Notes: a model not told the origin generated them from the letters alone. A stretch of DNA of 6,201 bases from Octopus sinensis (GCF_006345805.1 NW_021829763.1:1-6201); one strand, 5' to 3'. Shown: positions 1 to 6,137, numbered from the stretch's first letter. Numbers and translations are program-made.

Positions 1-170
1 TAGTCGAGCCAATCGATCACAGCACTTATTCTTTGTAAGCCTAGTACTTATTCCATCAGTCTTATTCCATTGGTCTCTTTTGTCGAACTGCTATGTTACG
101 GGGACGTAAACACACAAATACGTCGGTTGTCAAGCGATGGTGGGTGGATAAACACCAACATAAATACATG
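1..170 (-). mobile_element. SINE family A, 3' (tail-side) half; runs off the window start; probably the outer element together with 651-816
   Basis: Aligns by eye to ~237-400 (agtcgag..acttattctttgtaagcct..gttacggggac..aaacacac..tcgg) and ends in the CA/TA-rich segment that is internal to the full copy. Carries a 14-bp tandem duplication (47-60/61-74, 12/14 identical). Confidence 0.8.
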
Positions 171-182
171 CATTTTAAAAAC

Positions 183-594
183 TTTTTTTACTTGTTTCAG
201 TCACTTGACTGTGGCCATGCTGGAGCACCGCCTTTCAGTCGAGCAAATTGACCCCAGGACTTATTCTTTGTAAGCCTATTACCTATTCTATCGGTCACTT
301 TTGCTGAACCGCTAAGTTACGGGGACCGTTAAACACACCAGCATCGGTGTTCAGTGATGTGGTGCGGGGGGGACAAAACCACAGACACACAAAACATATA
401 CACACAAACGTATATATTATACAATATATACGACCGGGCTTCTTTCAGTTTCCGTCTACCAATCCACACACAAGGATTTGTCGGCCCGAGGCTATAGTAA
501 AAAGACACTTGCCATAAGGTGACACTTAGTGGGACTGAACCCGGAACCATGTGGCTGGTAAGCAAGCTACTTACCGCACAGCCACTCCTACGCC
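183..594 (-). mobile_element. Full-length tRNA-derived SINE, family A (octopus-type, with internal microsatellite)
   Basis: Minus-strand head GGCGTAGGAG with A box TGGCTGTGCGG (574-584) and B box GGTTCAGTCCC (531-541). Body, internal (CA)/(TA) tract at ~380-430, and 3' end ...CCAGCATGGCCACAGTCAAGTGACTGAAACAAGTAAAAAAA. Homologous to both 1-170 and 651-816. Confidence 0.9.
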
Positions 595-611
595 ATATAT
601 ATATATATAGA

Positions 612-650
<39 letters not shown>
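595..650. repeat. (TA)n microsatellite
   Basis: Near-perfect TA dinucleotide run between the two family A heads. Confidence 0.95.
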
Positions 651-651
<1 letters not shown>

Positions 652-816
652 ACGACGTGCTTCTTTCTGTTTCAATCTACCAAATCTACTCACAAGACTT
701 TGGTTGGACTGAGGCTCTAGTAGAAGACACTTAGCTAAGATGCCACGCAGTGGGACTGAACATGGAACCATGTGGATGGTAAGCAAGCTACTTACCACAC
801 ACCCACTCCTGCGCCT
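651..816 (-). mobile_element. SINE family A, 5' (tRNA head plus body) half
   Basis: Colinear with 429-594 (cgac..gcttctttc..agtgggactgaac..ggaaccatgtgg..ggtaagcaagctacttacc..ccactcct.cgcc). Both Pol III boxes differ from the inner copy: A box TGGGTGTGTGG (795-805), B box TGTTCAGTCCC (752-762). Confidence 0.9.
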
Positions 817-868
817 ATCTATATATTTGTGTATGTGTACGTATGTATATATGTATGTGTGTATGTAC
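817..868. repeat. Degenerate (TA)/(TATG) simple repeat
   Basis: atctatatatttgtgtatgtgtacgtatgtatatatgtatgtgtgtatgtac. Confidence 0.85.
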
Positions 869-934
869 AATTCAGTTTGTAACTATGTGTTTGCTCATAC
901 AAGTAAGGGCAAGAATTTGGTATTGTTAAAGATG

Positions 935-1072
935 AGTACAAGAGACGAGTGAGAGAGACCGAGGAAGAGATAGAGCGAAAAAGAGAGTGAGAAGGAAAGA
1001 GAAGGGGGAGTAGGAGGAGTAAAAGAGATAAGAAAACTGTAGAGAGTAAATGAGAGAAAGTGCGGATGAGGA
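935..1072. repeat. Purine-rich (GA-rich) low-complexity tract
   Basis: Almost only A/G on the + strand (gagagagaccgaggaagagatagag...); likely a decayed (GA)n. Confidence 0.85.
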
Positions 1073-1140
1073 TAATATTTTTGAATTTGGCAATGATTCT
1101 GGTTTCATTTCATTATTTTCCTGGCGTGAATAGTAGATTT

Positions 1141-1187
1141 ACACACTCACATACATACATATGTATATGTTTATGTATGTATGTATA

Positions 1188-1231
<44 letters not shown>

Positions 1232-1239
1232 CTCTTATA

Positions 1240-1274
<35 letters not shown>

Positions 1275-1655
1275 ATATATATAATATATATATAATTATA
1301 TATGCATATGTATATACATATATATCACCCCTTTGTATCACGTATGTACAACATATATATATTGTACACATGTTCATGTATATCTAATCATGTCTGTGTA
1401 TATATGTGTCATGTGTGTATATATATATATACGATATATAATATATATATATATATATACTATATATATATATATATTACACACAACACACACACACAGA
1501 CAATGCACACATACACGCACACACATGTCACACGTGGGCACATACACACACGCGTGAGCACACACAGAAACAAACACACGCTTACACACACACATACACT
1601 CTTAGAAACTCACACATTTACACACATACACACTTACATATACATACATACGTAT
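1141..1655. repeat. Compound microsatellite: (CA)/(TATG), (TC)n ~1190-1226, (TA)n ~1237-1300 and ~1418-1477, degenerate (CA)n ~1479-1650
   Basis: Directly visible dinucleotide runs; these explain the YI/SL/HT-repeat ORFs. Confidence 0.95.
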
Positions 1656-2030
1656 AGGCAAAACATGTTAAAAATATCCCATGCAAGCTACGATATTTAG
1701 AAAGAATAAAAAAATGATGTGAAAATGCCCAATTCTTTCTTTATTGTAATTTATCAAATTATTCTAAATTGCATTACTATCATCAAATTGCTTCGAAATA
1801 CATTATCATGTGTTTCAGAAAAATTATTACACACCGGTTTCATTTCACATAAAAACATAGTCATTGTAGTATCTTAGTTTTTCAAGCAGAAGTAACCATG
1901 ATATAGACACACCAGATTACAAGCCAGGTAATGGTTATTCATGTTAATAAGCTAAATTTGTTATTAGCACTCTAGGTAAAAGGCGGGTCGTGTTACGTAC
2001 TTGAAGTATTGCGTATATACATTTTCACTA

Positions 2031-2313
2031 GTGGATGCCTAGTGGTTAGAGCAGCGGACTCGCAGGTTCGAATCTCAGACCGGGCTATGTGTATGTTTAT
2101 GAGCGAAACACCTAAGCTCCACGCGACTCCGGCAGAAGGTAATGGCGAACTTCTGCTGATTCTTTCGCCACAACTTTCTCTCATTCTTTCCTCCTGCATC
2201 TTGTAGCTCACCTGCGACGGACCAGCGTCCCGTCCAGGTGGGGAACCTGTACGCCAAGGAAACCGGGAAACCGGCCCTTATGAGCCAGGCGTGGCTCGAG
2301 AAGGAACAAACAA
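2031..2313 (+). mobile_element. Complete tRNA-derived SINE, family C, with 12-bp TSD
   Basis: A-box-like ATGCCTAGTGG (2035-2045), B box GGTTCGAATCT (2065-2075), GC-rich body and (AAAC)n-type tail. Flanked by the perfect direct repeat ACATTTTCACTA at 2019-2030 and 2314-2325. Confidence 0.92.
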
Positions 2314-2659
2314 ACATTTTCACTAATTTGATATTTAAACTAAAAGTGTCAGAATAAATTATCGACTTAATTGTTCATGAAAAAATACCTCTTTTTTTTA
2401 TTCTTTGTTATTTTGTTATTCATTTTTTTTTTTTAGCTTTCGCACTATAACATGATGGGAACAATTTAGAACTCGGTTTCCACATATCCACATGAATGCT
2501 TACTGAGTGCAATTTTTCCAGTGTTCCGACAGCGCATTCGTTCTTGGTGAACCTTCACCTGTTTTCTGGGGATGCGTTATGACGTAAGCTAAAATTTCAA
2601 ATGATAATAATTTATTTTTATTCTAAAATTATATACCTGTTTGTAAAGGATCTCTAACT

Positions 2660-2729
2660 CTCAAAACGTAACGAGTCAGAAGAAATACCGCTGTGCAATA
2701 TGACTGACGCGCTAGCGATTATGCCAGCT
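2660..2729 (-). mobile_element. SINE family B, degenerate 5' head fragment
   Basis: ctcaaaacgtaa..gaagaaataccgc..gcgctagcgattatgccagct resembles the head ends of the copies at 2880-2949, 3118-3183 and 4559-4636. Confidence 0.6.
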
Positions 2730-2738
2730 AACAAATTA

Positions 2739-2949
2739 TTGTTTCAATAATTGTACAAATATTTGTACAAAACCAGCAATTTTAGAGGGAGATGGTCGAT
2801 TACATTGTCCGCAGTACTTGACCAATTGTATATTTCATCGACCTCGAAATGCCAAGTTGATCTCGGCAATGTATAAATTCAGAACATATAGCAATGGAAG
2901 AAATACTGCTAGCATTTTGTCCTTAACGATTCTATCAAACCCACCGCCT
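2739..2949 (-). mobile_element. SINE family B, degenerate near-full copy
   Basis: Colinear with 2968-3183 and 4404-4636: tgtttcaa..caaaaccagcaattt..gtcgattacat..atcgacctcgaaa..ctcggc..tcagaac..gaaatactgc..taacgattct..ccaccgcct. Confidence 0.75.
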
Positions 2950-2967
2950 GAAGCTCTTATACATTAA

Positions 2968-3183
2968 CTGTTTCAAATTTTGGCACAAAACCAGCAATTT
3001 CAGTGGGCACGGTAGGAGATAAGTCTATTATATTCAGTTTACCGATCCGAGAGGATGAAAGGCAAAGTCGACCTCGGCAAAGGATAAAAGGTAAAGTCGA
3101 CCTCGACGGAATTTGAACTCAGATCCAGATGAAATGTCGCAAAACATTTTGCCTAGCGCGCTAACGAATCTTCCAACTCGCCA
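2968..3183 (-). mobile_element. SINE family B copy with an internal 29-bp tandem duplication
   Basis: B box GAGTTCAAATTCC on the minus strand (3108-3120), body GAGGTCGACTTTGCCTTTCATCC and tail ..GCTGGTTTTGTGCCAAAATTTGAAACAG. Duplication at 3050-3078/3079-3107. Confidence 0.85.
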
Positions 3184-3218
3184 CAATACAGGTCTTACAC
3201 ATTTGATATTATGAAAAT

Positions 3219-3396
3219 GTGTAAGTACGTCGAGCAAATGCTTAGCGGAATTTCGCCCGTTTCTACGTTCTGAGTTCAAATTCCGCTGAGGTCGACTTTA
3301 CGTTCAACATTTCGGCGTCAATAAAATAAGTACCAGTAATCGACTCACTCCTTACCCCCCGAAGCTGCTGGCCTCGTGCTAAAATTTGAAAATCGC
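3219..3396 (+). mobile_element. SINE family B copy, 5'-truncated, with 12-bp TSD
   Basis: B box GAGTTCAAATTCC (3272-3284). 3269-3301 matches the reverse complement of 3091-3123 at 31/33. Tail gctggcctcgtgctaaaatttgaaa. Flanked by TATTATGAAAAT at 3207-3218 and 3397-3408. Confidence 0.88.
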
Positions 3397-3430
3397 TATT
3401 ATGAAAATTAATACACAGTTTTATTAATTA

Positions 3431-3812
3431 CTAGCAGTATCGCCCGGCGTTGCTCAGGTTTGTAAGGGAAATAACTATAAAGCATTTTTAGAGAGTTATA
3501 GCCAAAAAATAGCAAAAAAATGGAAAAAAATTATGGTAAATTTTTTTTTAGTTAAAAAAGGTGGAGTTGCGTCCCCTAGACAGTTTGCGGTTTGTGTTTC
3601 TGATTCTCGACCCCATGTCGAATTTATCGATTTTTTTCAGAACTGGGGGAACTTTTCAAAATTTTCGCTGCGTTAGTTTTGAATTATGACATTGGGCTAT
3701 GTGTGTGTCAAGTTTCATCAGAATCGGTTGAAAGCCGTGGTCAGGGTGAGGGTACAAGCAAACAGACACACAGAAACACGCACAGACAAACTGCCGTTTA
3801 TATAGAGAGAGA
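3431..3812 (-). mobile_element. Non-autonomous Helitron (rolling-circle transposon), 382 bp
   Basis: On the minus strand it begins TC(TCTCTCTATATAAAC) at 3812 and ends ..GATACTGCTAG at 3431. A GC-rich imperfect hairpin CCTGAGC-AAC-GCCGGG (3443-3458) lies 12 nt from the 3' end. It sits between host A (3430) and T (3813) with no TSD. These are the canonical Helitron hallmarks. Confidence 0.85.
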
Positions 3813-3925
3813 TTACTGTAAAAAGAAAAAAAAAACCTAAAACTCGCACCGTTTACTATTTGTTTGGGAAAAAAATTGAGTATATTTTCTGAGAATCCTA
3901 ATTTCGTGTGTTTTATATTGCGCAT

Positions 3926-4046
3926 CGGCGGTCGCATTTGAGTGTCGGATAGAATTCTAAACAACATTCATTTTGATTCTTTATACTCTGAGATCCAATC
4001 CCACAGCTATCAACTTTGTCTTTCATTCTTTTGGGGTTGATTAAAA
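3926..4046 (+). mobile_element. SINE family B, old 3'-truncated fragment
   Basis: ctctgagatccaatccc..tcaactttgtctttcattcttttggggttgattaaaa resembles ttctgagttcaaattcc..tcgactttgcctttcatcc.. of the other copies. The left boundary is uncertain. Confidence 0.65.
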
Positions 4047-4240
4047 CCCAGGCCGTTGGAATGTTAAACCAGATGTCTTTCGACATTTGTTCTTGTTCTT
4101 TTGAGTTGTTATCACTCTTTAACCTAAAATGATTAATAAAAACACATTCCACAAGGCATTTCCCTGACATGATTTTGACATGGTTTCCACCGTAGATCTA
4201 GGGTCACAAATTTAGTTTATTCGGAGTTTACAATCTTAAG

Positions 4241-4332
4241 AATCGATTCATTACTCAGCGGCTTATTATTTTCTCGCGTCTAGAAGAATGAAAAACATCG
4301 GCCATGGTGAGAGTCGATCTCATAACGTAAAG
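4241..4332 (-). mobile_element. SINE family B, highly decayed internal fragment
   Basis: atcgatt..actca..ttattttctcg..gaagaatgaaa..tcggcc..gatctcataacgtaaag is colinear with 4451-4572 but strongly diverged. Confidence 0.45.
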
Positions 4333-4351
4333 AAAGGTAACTATTGTCATT

Positions 4352-4403
4352 TATATTATTACTATTATCACTACTACTACTACTACTACTACTTATAATA
4401 ATG
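4352..4403. repeat. (ACT)n/(ATT)n trinucleotide microsatellite at the tail of the adjacent SINE
   Basis: ttattactattatcactactactactactactactacttataataatg. Confidence 0.9.
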
Positions 4404-4636
4404 ATCCTTTCTACTATAGGCACAAAGCCTAAAATTTGGGCAATAGGGTAGTCGATTACATCGACCCCAGCCAGTACTCAACTGGTACTTGTTTTATCTA
4501 AACCCCATCTCCACCCCCTAAAGTGTAAAAGGCACAGTGGAACTCGATGGAATTTGAACTCAGAAGGTAAAGAAAGACGAAATGCCTCTCAGCATTTCGC
4601 CCGGCGTACTTAACGATTCCACCAGCTCACCACCTT
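4404..4636 (-). mobile_element. Full-length SINE family B, alternative-tail variant
   Basis: Minus-strand head AAGGTGGTGAGCTGGTGGAATCGTTAAG, 8-bp stem cgaaatgc/gcatttcg (4578-4585/4592-4599), B box at 4549-4561, stem-loop gtcgat-tac-atcgac (4451-4465) and tail ..GGCTTTGTGCCTATAGTAGAAAGGAT followed by (TAT)/(TAG)n. Confidence 0.88.
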
Positions 4637-4674
4637 AACAAAACAACAACAATAATAATAATAATAATAATAAT
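4637..4674. repeat. (AAC)n-(AAT)n microsatellite
   Basis: aacaaaacaacaacaataataataataataataataat. Confidence 0.95.
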
Positions 4675-4774
4675 TGTAACAGTAATGGCAATGATAAGGC
4701 TACCGACATCCTCTTATCGATATTGGTGCTAGACAAACAGCTAAATAACATTACCTTAATTGGTGTTGTCAGAA

Positions 4775-4799
4775 GGAGAGAGAGAAAAAAAGGGAGTGA

Positions 4800-4840
<41 letters not shown>

Positions 4841-4870
4841 GAGAGAGAGGGAGAGAAAGGGGTGTGTGTG
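4775..4870. repeat. (GA)n microsatellite / purine tract ending in a short (GT)n
   Basis: Perfect (GA)n at ~4803-4837 within an A/G-rich tract. Confidence 0.95.
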
Positions 4871-5102
4871 TATAGAAAAAGGAAATAATATGGTTGTGGA
4901 GGGATGTTAAGTTTGATTGTATGTGTACGATAAATAAAAGCTTTGTCCTTCGTCAATTTTCGTTCATTTTCGCCAATGTACGGCTCATTGTCGGCGATTT
5001 ACGTTGGATTATCTAATTATCACCGAGCAAATCACTGGAGCCGATCGGTAAGGCTAAATTAGGTTAGTTTGTTGCCAAACAAATCAATGAGCAGACAATA
5101 AG

Positions 5103-5330
5103 GGATGTGGATGCGAGTGAGTCTGTATGTGTGAGCGCAAGTGAGTGTATATGCGTAAGCGTTAGTGAGTGTGTATGTATGTATGTGTGCGAGAGAGTAT
5201 GTATGTATGTGTGCAAGAGAGTGTGTATGTATGTGTGTAAGTGAGCGTGTATCTATCTCTATGTGCAAGTGTACGTGTGTATGTGTTTGTATGTATGCAT
5301 CACCTGTGAGTGTTTATGAGTGTGTATACG
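5103..5330. repeat. Degenerate (GT)/(GTAT) repeat containing a 24-bp minisatellite (5167-5252)
   Basis: Units gagtgtgtatgtatgtatgtgtgc / gagagagtatgtatgtatgtgtgc / aagagagtgtgtatgtatgtgtgt / aagtgagcgtgtat (partial). Confidence 0.85.
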
Positions 5331-5429
5331 GTGTGAAGATGTAAGTGCTGGTTCGGTTTGGTTTAGCGTGGTCAAGGAAAGAAAAGAAAAGAAAAGAAGA
5401 GTAATTGAATGTGTGAGCATGAATACATG

Positions 5430-5458
5430 CGTGTGTGCGTGCATGTGTGTGTTTGTGT

Positions 5459-5515
<57 letters not shown>

Positions 5516-5524
5516 GTGTGTGTG
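5430..5524. repeat. (GT)n microsatellite
   Basis: Perfect (GT)n at ~5461-5514 with degenerate flanks; preceded by a short (GAAAA)n at ~5378-5400. Confidence 0.97.
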
Positions 5525-5636
5525 CGAGCGGTGAAGAAACGCGAACTGGAATTAAAATGGCATTGCAGATGGCTACTGCTTGGCTAGCAGTCTGAAGCTC
5601 TGTGTACCATTAAAGTACTTTTGGAAAGCAAGTAAG

Positions 5637-5673
5637 ACACACAAATTCACACACACACACACACACACACACA
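5637..5673. repeat. (CA)n microsatellite
   Basis: Perfect CA run at ~5648-5673. Confidence 0.95.
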
Positions 5674-5739
5674 ATGGGCACAAGACGAAGGAGAACGAAA
5701 TATCTTGCGCGTGCTTAGGTGTGTATAGCTATAAGCATG

Positions 5740-5774
5740 TGTGCGTATGTACGTATATATATATATATATATAT

Positions 5775-5823
<49 letters not shown>

Positions 5824-5933
5824 CTATATGTATATATGTATACGTATACATGCACATATATATGTAAATACATGCATATATGTGTGTGTGTGTAGTTAGT
5901 GTGTGTATAGTGTATATGTATATAGATGTGTGT

Positions 5934-5964
<31 letters not shown>

Positions 5965-6019
5965 AATCTATATCTATGTGTGTATGTATGTATCTGTATG
6001 TGTATATATATGTATAAAT

Positions 6020-6076
<57 letters not shown>

Positions 6077-6077
6077 A

Positions 6078-6137
<60 letters not shown>
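5740..6137. repeat. Compound (TA)n/(TG)n/(CA)n/(TA)n microsatellite
   Basis: (TA)n ~5754-5819, (TA)n ~5937-5963, (CA)n ~6025-6064 and (TA)n ~6065-6137. Confidence 0.97.

Noticed and set aside
525-594. Possible tRNA genes at the SINE heads (also 745-816 and 2031-2085)
   Set aside because: A and B boxes are present, but I cannot fold a complete cloverleaf and each continues into a SINE body.
70-952. Pairs of similar ORFs (e.g. 519-734 and 740-952, SGTE.GTMW.VSKLLT)
   Set aside because: The similarity comes from two copies of the same SINE head, not from paralogous genes.
1060-1700. ORFs of 68-132 aa rich in YI, SL and HT repeats
   Set aside because: They are translations of (TA)n, (TC)n and (CA)n tracts, which lack stop codons in most frames; no protein-like content.
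3050-3107. CRISPR-like direct repeats of ~29 bp
   Set aside because: Only two adjacent units, no spacers, no cas genes, and they lie inside a eukaryotic SINE.
3656-4170. 103-aa and 85-aa minus-strand ORFs as possible transposase or Rep fragments
   Set aside because: No HUH, helicase, RT or DDE motifs; they cross boundaries between Helitron, flank and SINE fragments.
4047-4240. Possible further repeat fragment between family B remnants
   Set aside because: No termini, TSD or in-window homology that I can identify; it would need a repeat-library search.
4408-4421. ttctactatag matching ctatagta(g/a)aa in family A (492-502, 714-725) in the opposite orientation
   Set aside because: The match is only ~11 bp and is in opposite sense relative to the two SINEs; compatible with chance.
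4836-4863. Possible G-quadruplex
   Set aside because: Only three closely spaced G-runs of 3 or more; the fourth is ~45 nt away.
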